64,000 bases of DNA, taken from assembly GCA_965203175.1 (NCBI GenBank), contig OZ241867.1, forward strand, positions 6,515,470-6,579,469, given 5' to 3'. Made by a program: the position numbers and the translations under genes. Within the stretch, counting starts at the first letter, position 1. Each line of letters opens with the position of its first letter. Shown piece by piece: positions 37,084 to 46,353 of the stretch. Under the pieces are notes generated by a model. That model ran no database searches, was not told where the DNA came from, and saw only the letters and a program-made list of their open reading frames with translations. This stretch comes from Candidatus Latescibacterota bacterium (GTDB lineage Bacteria; Latescibacterota; UBA2968; UBA8231).

Positions 37084-37121
37084 CGTTTAAGTATGTCTCT
37101 TCGCTGTCGCCGTGTCCACTT
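37084..37121 (-). promoter_or_regulatory. Sigma70-like promoter TGGACA-N17-CATACT (copy 2)
   Basis: Near-duplicate of 21465-21502, about 40 nt upstream of ATG 37044. Confidence 0.65.
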
Positions 37122-37299
37122 CGGTGCCCAATCTGCCGATGCCGCATGGTCGGTTTCAAGTGGATCGAAGTGTCCGTTGTCTGCACTCGACTCACGTTTT
37201 GTCCTTCCGGGTCGGTCTATTTCCTAAAGGTCTCATTCATGGGTTGTATCCGATACAATCGATCCACACACGTCTCCGTCCTCCCCGCTGTGCTCCGCC

Positions 37300-37316
37300 T
37301 TGGCATGGATATTGCA
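37300..37316 (+). promoter_or_regulatory. Sigma54 (-24/-12) promoter candidate
   Basis: TTGGCATGGATATTGCA has one mismatch to YTGGCACGNNNNTTGCW. An upstream palindrome TTGTATC-C-GATACAA lies at 37244-37258. Confidence 0.6.
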
Positions 37317-37320
37317 ATCA

Positions 37321-37373
37321 TGATGTTACGCAGCCTTGTATCGTCGGCTCCTTCGACAGGTTGCGTAACGTCA
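37321..37373. repeat. MITE/REP-like inverted-repeat element
   Basis: TGATGTTACGCAGCCT ... AGGTTGCGTAACGTCA: a 16-bp IR with 2 G-T mismatches. The right end matches TGCGTAACATCAG at 4160-4172. Confidence 0.6.
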
Positions 37374-37381
37374 GTCAGGAA

Positions 37382-37410
37382 TTGACACCCCTCTATCCTA
37401 TCCAGTAGTT
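37382..37410 (+). promoter_or_regulatory. Sigma70-like promoter
   Basis: TTGACA-N17-TAGTTT upstream of 37435. Confidence 0.5.
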
Positions 37411-37434
37411 TCGTTACAACCCAAGGACAAGACT

Positions 37435-37707
37435 ATGACCAACCCACCTCTGACCCCGGAAGAGCGCCTGTCGCGGCTCGAAGGCGTCTATGAGCATCTC
37501 GCCACAAAAGCCGACATCACCCGGCTCGAAGGCGAAATCAAGGCCGAGGGCACCCGACTCAAAGCCGACATCACCCGGCTCGAAGGCGAAGTCAAGGCCG
37601 CGATGGCCGAACTCAAAACCGAATTGCACAAGGGACTGAACCGCAACCTCTACATCACCATAGGAGCCGTTGTGGCAGTGGCGGCGCTGGTCAAATACCT
37701 GCCGTGA
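37435..37707 (+). CDS. Small coiled-coil protein with C-terminal TM anchor (DUF1640/CCDC90-like)
   Basis: HLATKADITRLEGE and a duplicated KADITRLEGE unit (54-nt period); hydrophobic C-terminus. Confidence 0.8.
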   Translation: MTNPPLTPEERLSRLEGVYEHLATKADITRLEGEIKAEGTRLKADITRLEGEVKAAMAELKTELHKGLNRNLYITIGAVVAVAALVKYLP

Positions 37708-37880
37708 ACAGGCCCAACCCTCCACCAGACACCCCCGACCTAACGCTCTATCCCTACACCCGCAAAATCCTCTTGTCGATACCGGCGCAAGACTCGTCAA
37801 GGCACTCAACACTTAGACGCCGACGAGTAGGCCCGCCGTGTAACATCATCCTTGCCCTACCTACCCTTGTGGAGATTCCC

Positions 37881-38429
37881 ATGACGACCACCGATTTGAT
37901 CACCGCCGACGAGTTGTTGCAGATGAAGGACGATGGCTTCCGCTATGAACTGGTCCGAGGAGAATTGGTAAAAATGAGTCCAGCCGGCCACCAACACGGC
38001 AGAATCGCGCTCAATTTGACAGGGCCGCTTTTCCAACACGTAAAGACGCATAACCTAGGTGCCGTCTATGCGGCCGAAACCGGCTTCAAACTGGCCGAAG
38101 ATCCCGATGTAGTGCGGGCACCAGACGCGGCCTTCATCCGGCGCGAGCGGGTCGAAGAGGTAGGCCAAACCGAGGGCTTCTGGCCCGGTGCCCCCGACCT
38201 AGCGGCCGAAGTCGTCTCACCGGGCGATACCCACGCCGAGGTCCAAGACAAGATCGCCGATTGGCTCGACGCTGGCACCCGCTTGGTCGTGGTTGTCAAT
38301 CCAAGCACCCAAACGGTCACTTTGTATTACTCGCGGAGCGACATCCGCGTACTGACCACTGATGACGTACTCGACGGCGGCGAAGTAGTGCCGAACTGGA
38401 CCCTGCCGGTGCGAGATATCTTTCTTTAA
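37881..38429 (+). CDS. Uma2-family (DUF820) putative endonuclease
   Basis: GGAG RBS, ATG 37881. RYELVRGELVKMSPA, VRAPDAAF and GAPDLAAEVVSPGD motifs. Confidence 0.92.
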   Translation: MTTTDLITADELLQMKDDGFRYELVRGELVKMSPAGHQHGRIALNLTGPLFQHVKTHNLGAVYAAETGFKLAEDPDVVRAPDAAFIRRERVEEVGQTEGFWPGAPDLAAEVVSPGDTHAEVQDKIADWLDAGTRLVVVVNPSTQTVTLYYSRSDIRVLTTDDVLDGGEVVPNWTLPVRDIFL

Positions 38430-38435
38430 ATACCC

Positions 38436-39398
38436 CTACAACACCCCCTGATGCCCTCTGCGAACGGCCTCGCACAAACGCATGGTATGCACGGCGTCGT
38501 CCAAGTTCGACCACGGCGTCCGGTCCTCCAGAATGCAATCGACAAAGTGGACCACCTCATTGAAGCCGACCCCGCCCATTGCTTCGATCTCCTCGTCCTC
38601 TACGGTAAAAGGCTCCCTCTCTTCATAGCCCTCCACCTTCGGCCCTCGAGTCATATCCAGATAGATCGACAAATCCTCGCCGTGTACTTCGGCCCGCTGA
38701 ATGCGGTAACCAACGCCGTAGTGACTCATCATGGTCCCGAAGGTGCCCGTGTCAAAACGCACCACGGCATTGTGCCGGTGGCACCCAGGCCGCTCGCCGT
38801 CTTGCACCATTCCCTGCACCTCCATCGGAATGGCCGCCTCCTCGGCGCTGCGGCCAGCCAGCCAGCGCAGCAGATCGACGTGGTGAATGGCGTCGCATAT
38901 CACCGGATCGGGTGCCGCCGGTCCCAATAGAGTCACCGGCTTATTGTACGTGGCAGCGCAATGCACCGCGCCGCCAGCCGCCTGGATGCGCTGCCGCACG
39001 GCTAGCACTTGGGGAAAGTAACGCCGATTAAAAGACACCAGTGCCTTGCCCTGGCTCTGCTGAGCCGCCTGCGCCATCTGCGCGGTCTCGGCCGCGGTCA
39101 TGCCCGGTGCTTTCTCCACCGAGGTGTGCAGCCCGCGCTCCAAGCAATCGAGCACAATGGGCAGCAAGTGGCCGGGCATGGTGACCACGTGTACCACGTC
39201 CGGCTGGCAGACATCGAGCATCTCCCGATAGTCGGCAAAGGCGCGTTCCGGCCCCCATTCGGCCTCATTTTTGTGCAGCCGCTCCTCGTCCAGCTCGGCA
39301 ATGCCCACCAAGCGCAGGCGTGGCTCGTCGGCAATCATGCGGAAGTGCGACTGGGCGTGGCCACCGCAGCCGATGACTGCTACTTTCAAATCTGCCAT
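38436..39398 (-). CDS. Gfo/Idh/MocA oxidoreductase
   Basis: VAVIGCGGHA, VEKAPG and DAIHHVD motifs. Confidence 0.9.
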   Translation of the reverse strand: MADLKVAVIGCGGHAQSHFRMIADEPRLRLVGIAELDEERLHKNEAEWGPERAFADYREMLDVCQPDVVHVVTMPGHLLPIVLDCLERGLHTSVEKAPGMTAAETAQMAQAAQQSQGKALVSFNRRYFPQVLAVRQRIQAAGGAVHCAATYNKPVTLLGPAAPDPVICDAIHHVDLLRWLAGRSAEEAAIPMEVQGMVQDGERPGCHRHNAVVRFDTGTFGTMMSHYGVGYRIQRAEVHGEDLSIYLDMTRGPKVEGYEEREPFTVEDEEIEAMGGVGFNEVVHFVDCILEDRTPWSNLDDAVHTMRLCEAVRRGHQGVL

Positions 39399-39492
39399 GG
39401 GATTTCCTTTCCAAAGAGGTTGAGTCCAAAGCCAAAAACAATCGTCAATATACAGTGCTGAGTCTTCCTATGCTCGTTCTTCGTCGACAAAT

Positions 39493-39521
39493 TTGACAGG
39501 GAATTGTGGGGCCAGTATAGT
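39493..39521 (+). promoter_or_regulatory. Sigma70 promoter
   Basis: TTGACA-N17-TATAGT. Confidence 0.75.
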
Positions 39522-39553
39522 GTTTCATCTCGGTTCACGACATTCCAAAGGAT

Positions 39554-40177
39554 ATGCTCATGCGCGTCATTGCCGTCGGCTGCGAATACTCGGGCGTCAG
39601 CACCCTCATCGATCAGGTGCATCAATGGGGACAAAGTCGCGGAATTAGCCACCATCTCGACGATCATTTTACCATACCCGACGCCTATCACCTCAGCGAC
39701 GAGGAGCAGCTAGCCATGCTGGCCATGCTGCCGGCCATCAAGGAGCGCTTCCAGCGCTTCCAAATCGTCTATCACGTGCGCTTGTTGCACCGCTACCGAG
39801 ACATCTTGTTGGGCGGCTTCCACATTGAGGAAAAGGTGTACGGCCCCAAATACTACTACCCGGACATCGACATCGACATCCGCGAATACGAGCCGGACAT
39901 GCCCGACGACACCATACTCGTCCATCTGTACGCGGGGCCCGAAACAATCCGCGCCCGCATGGCCGCATCCCCACACCCACACTCATTGGTCCCTGCCGAA
40001 GACGTTCCAGAAATACTAGATCGCTTCCAGCAAGAAGTGCGGGCTTCTTGGATCAGTCGCAAGTTCGCCATCGACACCACCGACCTAACGCCGGCCCAAC
40101 TCCTCGAAACCTTCCTCAACCGCTCCATCCCCCACCTCAGCCCTGAAGACGCCGCCACGCGGCTCTTGGCCCCTTAG
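39554..40177 (+). CDS. Hypothetical P-loop nucleotide-kinase-like protein with degenerate Walker A
   Basis: RVIAVGCEYSGVSTL (Val in place of Lys), LVHLYAGPETIRARM and FAIDTT resemble the NMP-kinase fold. Confidence 0.7.
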   Translation: MLMRVIAVGCEYSGVSTLIDQVHQWGQSRGISHHLDDHFTIPDAYHLSDEEQLAMLAMLPAIKERFQRFQIVYHVRLLHRYRDILLGGFHIEEKVYGPKYYYPDIDIDIREYEPDMPDDTILVHLYAGPETIRARMAASPHPHSLVPAEDVPEILDRFQQEVRASWISRKFAIDTTDLTPAQLLETFLNRSIPHLSPEDAATRLLAP

Positions 40178-40216
40178 CTTCTACCCACGACTAATCACAA
40201 CACGCAGAGCACGAAA

Positions 40217-41503
40217 ATGGCAGATTCGAGAAGGGACTTTTTTAGAAGGGCGGGCAACCTCACGCTCGGCGCAGCCGCGGCGTCTATATGGGCCTCCGAC
40301 AGCCTGCAAAAAGTCCACGCCGCCACTGAACGCCTCGGCCAAGCCTCTCCAGAAGCCAGTGCATTGGACGAACAATTCTGGTACAGCGTGCGCGGGGCTT
40401 TCAATTTGTCGCCCCATTTTATCAACTTCGAGAACGGATATTTCAGTCCGCAACCAGAAGCCGGGGTCGATGAGGTGTGCAAAAATGCCCGCGCCATCAA
40501 CGAGATCCCCTCCTTTTACATGCGGCGCAAGCTAGTGGATGACACCCGCGAGATGCATCAATTGCTAGCGAGCTTTGCCGGGTGCTCGGACGAAGAAATC
40601 CTCCTGACGCGCAACACGACCGAATCGCTCAACATCGTCATCATGGGACTGAAGCTGCAACTCGGGGACGAGGCCCTTTGGGGAACCTATGAATACGGCA
40701 GCATGAAGGTCGCTTTTGAGCAGCGCGCCGCCCGCGAAGGCATAGTCAACAAGGTGCTCGACCTGCCCATCACCTCCATGGACAACGACGAGATCGTCGC
40801 GGCCTACAAAAAGGCCATTACACCGCGCACCAAAGTGATCCTCGTCTCCCATATCGTCTATTTAACCGGCCAAGTGCTGCCCGTGCGCGAAATCTGCGAC
40901 ATGGCCCACGAGCAGGGAGTGGAAGTTATCGTCGATGGTGCCCACGCCTTTGCCCATCTGGCCACTAAAATCCCCGACCTACACTGCGATTACTACGGAG
41001 CGAGTTTGCACAAGTGGATGTTGGCACCGCTGGGCACGGGCATACTGTATATTAAAAAGGAAAACATCGAGAAGGTGTGGCCGCTGTTCGGCGACGGTGG
41101 GTACGCCTCGGACTCGATTCACAAGTTCGCCCACATCGGCACGTATCCGGCTTACTTGCAACTGGCCTTGGCCGAGGCCATCCGCTTTAACCAAACCATC
41201 GGCTTGGAGCGCAAAGAAGCGCGCTTGCGCTACATCAAAAACTACTGGGTCGATCGCTTGATCGACGTGCCGAACATCGTCGTCCACACGCCCCGCGAGG
41301 CCCACCGCTCGTGCGCCATTTCCACCGTTGGCATCAAAGGGCAAGATCCCGCGGACGTTACCAACGCCCTGTACGACAAATACAAGATATTCACCGTGCC
41401 GCCGGGTTATCCCGGGGCGGTGCGCATTTGTCCGAACATATACACAATACCCTATGAGCTAGATTTGTTCGTCGCAGCAATGAAAGAACTAGCCGTCACC
41501 TAA
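40217..41503 (+). CDS. Tat-exported PLP-dependent aminotransferase class V (isopenicillin-N epimerase/cysteine desulfurase-like)
   Basis: SRRDFF twin-arginine signal; RNTTESLN, VDGAHAFAH and SLHKW motifs. Confidence 0.9.
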   Translation: MADSRRDFFRRAGNLTLGAAAASIWASDSLQKVHAATERLGQASPEASALDEQFWYSVRGAFNLSPHFINFENGYFSPQPEAGVDEVCKNARAINEIPSFYMRRKLVDDTREMHQLLASFAGCSDEEILLTRNTTESLNIVIMGLKLQLGDEALWGTYEYGSMKVAFEQRAAREGIVNKVLDLPITSMDNDEIVAAYKKAITPRTKVILVSHIVYLTGQVLPVREICDMAHEQGVEVIVDGAHAFAHLATKIPDLHCDYYGASLHKWMLAPLGTGILYIKKENIEKVWPLFGDGGYASDSIHKFAHIGTYPAYLQLALAEAIRFNQTIGLERKEARLRYIKNYWVDRLIDVPNIVVHTPREAHRSCAISTVGIKGQDPADVTNALYDKYKIFTVPPGYPGAVRICPNIYTIPYELDLFVAAMKELAVT

Positions 41504-41518
41504 TCCCACTACCTCGCG

Positions 41519-42721
41519 CTACGGTCCACGCGCATCGTCCGCCTCCAACCCCCGAGCGATGTCCAAATTTTCCCTAAATCCCGGATCATCCGGAGCCAAG
41601 CACACCGCGCTGGCAAACGCCGCTGCAGCGGTCGCAAAGTCCCGGCGCATCAGGTGCAGGTTGCCGAGGCTGTTGTACGCGTTGGCGTGGGTCGAATCCG
41701 CGGCGAGTGCTTGGGCAAAAAGCTGCTGGGCCGCGTCGAATCGCTCCTCGCGCAAATAGATGTTGCCCAAGTTCACATAGGCCGCGGCAAAGGTCGAGTC
41801 GAGCTCAATAGCGCGATGGTATCTCGCCGCGGCCTTGGCGAATTGGCGACGCTGGCCGTAGAGCACGCCCAAATCGTAGTGGCGGCGCGCGTCCTCGGCC
41901 TCGCTCAACAGCGTAAATTCCAAGCTCTTGATCATCTTTTCCTCTCCTTCGAGGCGCGCAAATCGCTCCAACACCTCGCGGCCTTTTTCCCGCTCGCCTA
42001 AGCGAATATAGACCTGTCCTAAATCATAGTGAGGACGCGCCCAAAACGGGCGCAGCACAACAGCTCGCAACAAAAGATCCTCGGCCTCTTCGTAGCTCCG
42101 CTCCTCCACATACAGAGCACCCAAGCCCGCGTACGCACCCGCTTGGGTCGTATCCGTGCGAATCGCCTGGGCAAACGCCGTTTTCGCTGCCGCGCGCTCG
42201 CCGCGCTTGACGTGGACTTGGCCGAGATGGTACCACAGTTCATAGTGCGTCGAATCCACCTGCAAGGCGCGCTCGTACAGGTCAGCGGCCTCTTGGTATC
42301 CTCCCTGTCGGATGTGCAGCAGGCCCAAAGCATTGTACGCGGAAATGTACCCGGGGTCGCTTTCCAATGCTTGGCGGAGAGGCGCGTAGGCCGCCTCGTA
42401 CTTTTTTTGCCGAATGTACACAGCGCCGAGCTGGTAGTACGCATCCGCATAGTCGGGCTTAAGTGCTATGGCTTTTTGGTACGCAACCTCGGCTTGGTCG
42501 AGGGCATCGGTCAAAAAATAGGCATTGGCCAGATTGTAGTGGACTTGGGGCGCGTCGGGCATCTGCGCGGCCGCTTGCTTGTACGCGGCAATGGCTGCGT
42601 GGAAACGCCCGCCTTGGGCGTGTTCAAGCCCCTGCTGGAAATACGCGCGTCCTGTCGCCGAGGGCGGCTCTGGCTCTTGGCAGCCGATGAGCAGCAGCGC
42701 TAGGCACGAGGCCTTAATCAT
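41519..42721 (-). CDS. TPR-repeat lipoprotein
   Basis: Lipobox LIGC and multiple TPRs. Same length (400 aa) and layout as 35842..37044. Confidence 0.9.
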   Translation of the reverse strand: MIKASCLALLLIGCQEPEPPSATGRAYFQQGLEHAQGGRFHAAIAAYKQAAAQMPDAPQVHYNLANAYFLTDALDQAEVAYQKAIALKPDYADAYYQLGAVYIRQKKYEAAYAPLRQALESDPGYISAYNALGLLHIRQGGYQEAADLYERALQVDSTHYELWYHLGQVHVKRGERAAAKTAFAQAIRTDTTQAGAYAGLGALYVEERSYEEAEDLLLRAVVLRPFWARPHYDLGQVYIRLGEREKGREVLERFARLEGEEKMIKSLEFTLLSEAEDARRHYDLGVLYGQRRQFAKAAARYHRAIELDSTFAAAYVNLGNIYLREERFDAAQQLFAQALAADSTHANAYNSLGNLHLMRRDFATAAAAFASAVCLAPDDPGFRENLDIARGLEADDARGP

Positions 42722-44325
42722 CGCGGCTCCTCCGCGATCAACACCTGTCCAGCTAGCACTCCCTCAAATCGCTGCACCTTACCGCTGGGCCAGCGAATCT
42801 CCACTTCGTCGGCCTGCGCGCTGGTGCCGAGACCAAAAAAGACGCGCGGGTCATGGCTCGACAGATAGCTGCCGCCGCGCCGCACCTCCCGCATTTGCAC
42901 CCGAGGTCCGGTACGCACGCGGATGCGAGCGCCGACGCCGTCGCGATTGCTCTCCACGCCTACCGTGCGGACGGCCAAGTAGTTGCGCTCGCCGCCCATG
43001 TCGTTGCGCAAAAGCGAGGGGCGCGCATTGATGTGGGACACCGCAATATCGAGGTCGCCGTCGTTGTCGCAATCGCCCAAGGCCATCCCTCGGCTCGACC
43101 GCACAGCACCAAGCCCGGCCGCGGCGCTGACCTCGGCAAATCCAGCAGCGCCGTCGTTTCTGAACAACTGATCGGGCTGTGCGTACGTGGTCTCGGCGAA
43201 AAGTTCTACATTGTCGTCAATGTGGCCATTAGCCACGAAGAGATCCTCATCGCCGTCGAGATCCCAGTCGAAGAAAGCCGTGCCCCAGGCCAGGTACGCC
43301 AGCGAGGGTTTGCCCAATTTGGCGTCCGTCGTCCGGTCGCGGAAAAACCCCTCGCCTTCGTTGTGGTACAAGGTATTGGTCTCCAAGTAGAAATTCGTCA
43401 CAAAAAAATCAAAAGCCCCGTCGTTATCCCAATCGCCCGCAGCCACGCCCATGCCGGCTTCGGATTGGCCCTGACTATTGTAGGAAACCCCGGCGATCAA
43501 ACCCACTTCCGCGAAGTGTCCACCCTCGTTTTGGTAGAGCAAATTGGGCGTGCCGTCGCCTGCGGCGAACAGGTCCAAATCGCCGTCGAGATCCCAATCG
43601 GAAAAAACCGCGCCCAGCTCCCGCGCCCGACCCACAGCAAAGCCCATTTCCGCGCCGACCTCGGCGAAGCGGCCGCCGTCGTTGCGATAGAAAGCATCCC
43701 CTTCGGGCGCATAGGTCCACGGCGCGCAATAGACCCGGATGCTATCCTGGCGAAAACAAGCGCGATCCGGGTCGGCGCGGAAGTCCAGGTAATTGGCCAC
43801 ATACAGGTCCAAGTCGCCGTCGAGATCCCAGTCGCCAAAGGCCGCGCCCGTGCCAAAGCCCTCGTCGCCCACGCTGGCTGTGGCCGTGGCATCGACAAAA
43901 CGATCATCGCCGAGGTTGCGATAGAGGATATTCGCGCCGTAACAGGTGATGTACATATCTGCGTCACCGTCGTTGTCGTAGTCAGCGGCCACCACGCCCA
44001 TGCCACACCCCGAATTCCCCACGCCAGCAGCTTGCGTCCGCTCGGCAAAACGGCCATTCCCTTCGTTGCGATAGAGCGCGGCCGGGCCCGCGACATTGAC
44101 CCAATACAGGTCGAGCCAGCCGTCGTCGTCATAGTCAAAAAAGGCCACGCCCGACCCCATCGTCTCGGGCAATTGCTTCTGCCCCTCAGCCCCATTACGG
44201 TGTTCGAATTCAATGCCAGCCGCCGCGGCCACATCCACGTACCGAGGCTGGGCAGCCGCACCCCCCGTCCACAGGCCAATCAGCAGCGCAAAAACCCAGC
44301 ACATCTGTCCATCATGTCCATCCAT
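42718..44325 (-). CDS. CRTAC1-family FG-GAP repeat protein with ASPIC/UnbV domain
   Basis: ETMGSGVAFFDYDDDGWLDLY; NRDGVGARI..GGSYLSSHDPRVFFGLG..IRWPSG. Confidence 0.92.
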   Translation of the reverse strand: MDGHDGQMCWVFALLIGLWTGGAAAQPRYVDVAAAAGIEFEHRNGAEGQKQLPETMGSGVAFFDYDDDGWLDLYWVNVAGPAALYRNEGNGRFAERTQAAGVGNSGCGMGVVAADYDNDGDADMYITCYGANILYRNLGDDRFVDATATASVGDEGFGTGAAFGDWDLDGDLDLYVANYLDFRADPDRACFRQDSIRVYCAPWTYAPEGDAFYRNDGGRFAEVGAEMGFAVGRARELGAVFSDWDLDGDLDLFAAGDGTPNLLYQNEGGHFAEVGLIAGVSYNSQGQSEAGMGVAAGDWDNDGAFDFFVTNFYLETNTLYHNEGEGFFRDRTTDAKLGKPSLAYLAWGTAFFDWDLDGDEDLFVANGHIDDNVELFAETTYAQPDQLFRNDGAAGFAEVSAAAGLGAVRSSRGMALGDCDNDGDLDIAVSHINARPSLLRNDMGGERNYLAVRTVGVESNRDGVGARIRVRTGPRVQMREVRRGGSYLSSHDPRVFFGLGTSAQADEVEIRWPSGKVQRFEGVLAGQVLIAEEPR

Positions 44326-44393
44326 GTGTTATTTTTTTGTAACCCAAGATACCGGCTCGGCAAGCGACCTACAAGGCGGCAGAAAAATCATCC

Positions 44394-44876
44394 ATGCGTC
44401 CAACAAGTCCCTATCTGTGGCTCGGCCTGTTGTGGCTGGTCGCCCTAATCGGAGTGGGGGTCTTTACCTTCCACTACGGAGAGGGCCTGTCCTATTTCAG
44501 CGCGAACCCGGACGCCTGTGCCAACTGCCACATCATGCGGCCCCAGTTAGATTCCTATCGCAAATCCAGCCACCACGCCGTGGCCACTTGCGTCGATTGC
44601 CATCTGCCGCGCAGTTTCTTGAGCAAGTATTTGGCCAAGGCCGAAAACGGCTGGAATCACTCTACGGCTTTTACATTCCAAAACTTCCCTGAGCCGATCT
44701 TTATTAACGAAAAGAACAGCCGAATCTTACAGCAAAACTGCCTCGCGTGTCACAGCGCCTTCGTCCACCAAATCGTCGATACCGAAGCCGTGCGCTGCGT
44801 CCATTGCCATCGCACAGTTGGTCACGGAGAGTGGGTGGGCTTGGGCGGCCCAGAGACCACCTATAACGACGAGTAG
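44394..44876 (+). CDS. nrfH: Cytochrome c nitrite reductase small subunit (NapC/NirT family)
   Basis: N-terminal TM and 4 heme motifs: CANCH, CVDCH, CLACH, CVHCH. Confidence 0.93.
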   Translation: MRPTSPYLWLGLLWLVALIGVGVFTFHYGEGLSYFSANPDACANCHIMRPQLDSYRKSSHHAVATCVDCHLPRSFLSKYLAKAENGWNHSTAFTFQNFPEPIFINEKNSRILQQNCLACHSAFVHQIVDTEAVRCVHCHRTVGHGEWVGLGGPETTYNDE

Positions 44877-44879
44877 CTT

Positions 44880-46313
44880 ATGTCTCGTAAAATTCCCTAT
44901 AAAGCCATCGTCCTTTTGGCCTTAGTCGCCCTAACCAGCGCACTCGTCACCGGGCTATTAGTCAACATATACGAACGCAAGGCCGAAGCGCGGCACGGCC
45001 CGGTGCGCCTCGTCGAAGTCGGAGAGGACGATACCGACCCAGCCCATTGGGGCATCAACTGGCCGCGGCAATACGATAGCTATAAGCGCACGGCCGAGGC
45101 GACTCGCACGCGCTTCGGCGGACACGGCGGCAGCGAGGCCCTGCCCGCGCAGAAAATCGAACGCGACCCCTGGCTCCGGCGAATGTTCCTCGGGTACGCA
45201 TTCTCGCTCGACTACCGCGACCGCCGCGGCCACGCCTACATGCTCTACGACCAAGAGCAAACCGAGCGACAATCCAAGCCCCAATCCGGCTCCTGCCTGC
45301 ACTGCCACGCCTCCATCATGCCCCTCTACCGGCAGCTTGGCGATGGCGACGCCACCGCGGGCTTTGAGCGCTCCTACGCCTATTCCTATGGCGAGCTAAA
45401 CCAGATGCTGCACGACGCCGGACACGCCCATCCCGTATCGTGCGTCGATTGCCACGACCCGGCGACCATGCAGTTGCGCATCACCCGGCCCGGGTTTATC
45501 CAAGGGATCCAAATGCTGGCCGCGTCCGACGCCCCGGTCCCGCACCTGCCGTCGCTGGAACGCTGGCGGCGTGGAAACCGCGAGCGCCCCTACGACCCCA
45601 ACGCGAGCGCGAGCCGCAACGAAATGCGCTCGTTCACCTGCGGCCAGTGCCACGTCGAATACTACTGCGGCAGCGGGGCGAAACTGACTTTTCCCTGGGG
45701 CAACGGGCTTAAGGTAGAGGAAATGGAAGCGTTTTGGGACGCCATGACCCTAGACGATGGCAGCGAGTTTTACGACTACGTCCACAAAGAGACAGGCGCG
45801 AAAGTCCTCAAGGCGCAACACCCCGAATTTGAACTCTGGAGCCAAGGCATCCACGCGCGCAGCGGCGTCTCCTGTGCCGACTGCCACATGCCCTATATGC
45901 GCGACGGAGCCGCCAAAATCTCCGATCACTGGGTGCGCAGCCCTCTGCTGAACATCAACCGCGCCTGTCAGGTCTGCCACTCTTTCTCCGAGGCCGAACT
46001 AGCCGCCCGAGCCGACGCGATCCAGCAGCGCAATTTCGACCTCCTGCAACGAGCCGGTGCCGCGCTCATGGACCAACTCGATGCCATGGCCGCAGCCCGC
46101 GCGGCTGGTGCCGAAGAAGACGACCTAGCAACGGCCCTAGCCTTGCAGCGCAAAGCGCAGTGGCGGCTCGATTTCGTGGCTGCGGAAAATTCCATGGGTT
46201 TTCACGCTCCGCAGGAGGCCGCCCGCATCCTCGGCGAAGCGGCCGATTACGCCCGCCAAGGACAAATCGCTGCTATCGAGTGGTTGGTCTCTAGGCCAGA
46301 AGACAAACCCTAG
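44880..46313 (+). CDS. nrfA: Ammonia-forming pentaheme nitrite reductase, CXXCH variant
   Basis: [34 protein letters not shown] and [10 protein letters not shown] motifs; 5 CXXCH motifs. Confidence 0.95.
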   Translation: MSRKIPYKAIVLLALVALTSALVTGLLVNIYERKAEARHGPVRLVEVGEDDTDPAHWGINWPRQYDSYKRTAEATRTRFGGHGGSEALPAQKIERDPWLRRMFLGYAFSLDYRDRRGHAYMLYDQEQTERQSKPQSGSCLHCHASIMPLYRQLGDGDATAGFERSYAYSYGELNQMLHDAGHAHPVSCVDCHDPATMQLRITRPGFIQGIQMLAASDAPVPHLPSLERWRRGNRERPYDPNASASRNEMRSFTCGQCHVEYYCGSGAKLTFPWGNGLKVEEMEAFWDAMTLDDGSEFYDYVHKETGAKVLKAQHPEFELWSQGIHARSGVSCADCHMPYMRDGAAKISDHWVRSPLLNINRACQVCHSFSEAELAARADAIQQRNFDLLQRAGAALMDQLDAMAAARAAGAEEDDLATALALQRKAQWRLDFVAAENSMGFHAPQEAARILGEAADYARQGQIAAIEWLVSRPEDKP

Positions 46314-46353
46314 TTGCGATAGCAACCATATTACCTGTTTCGATCTTACTGAC

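Noticed and set aside
37112-37408. Small ORFs in the 37045-37434 intergenic region
   Set aside because: No RBS or motif, and they overlap promoter and IR elements.
37505-37600. Direct repeat AAAGCCGACATCACCCGGCTCGAAGGCGAA x2
   Set aside because: An in-frame coiled-coil duplication inside a CDS; not a DGR template/variable pair, since there is no RT and no A-specific mismatch pattern.
42853-44448. 531-aa plus-strand ORF, and similar long ORFs such as 2211..3572, 8175..9251 and 19663..20835
   Set aside because: Antisense shadows of well-supported genes in GC-rich DNA, with no recognisable motifs.
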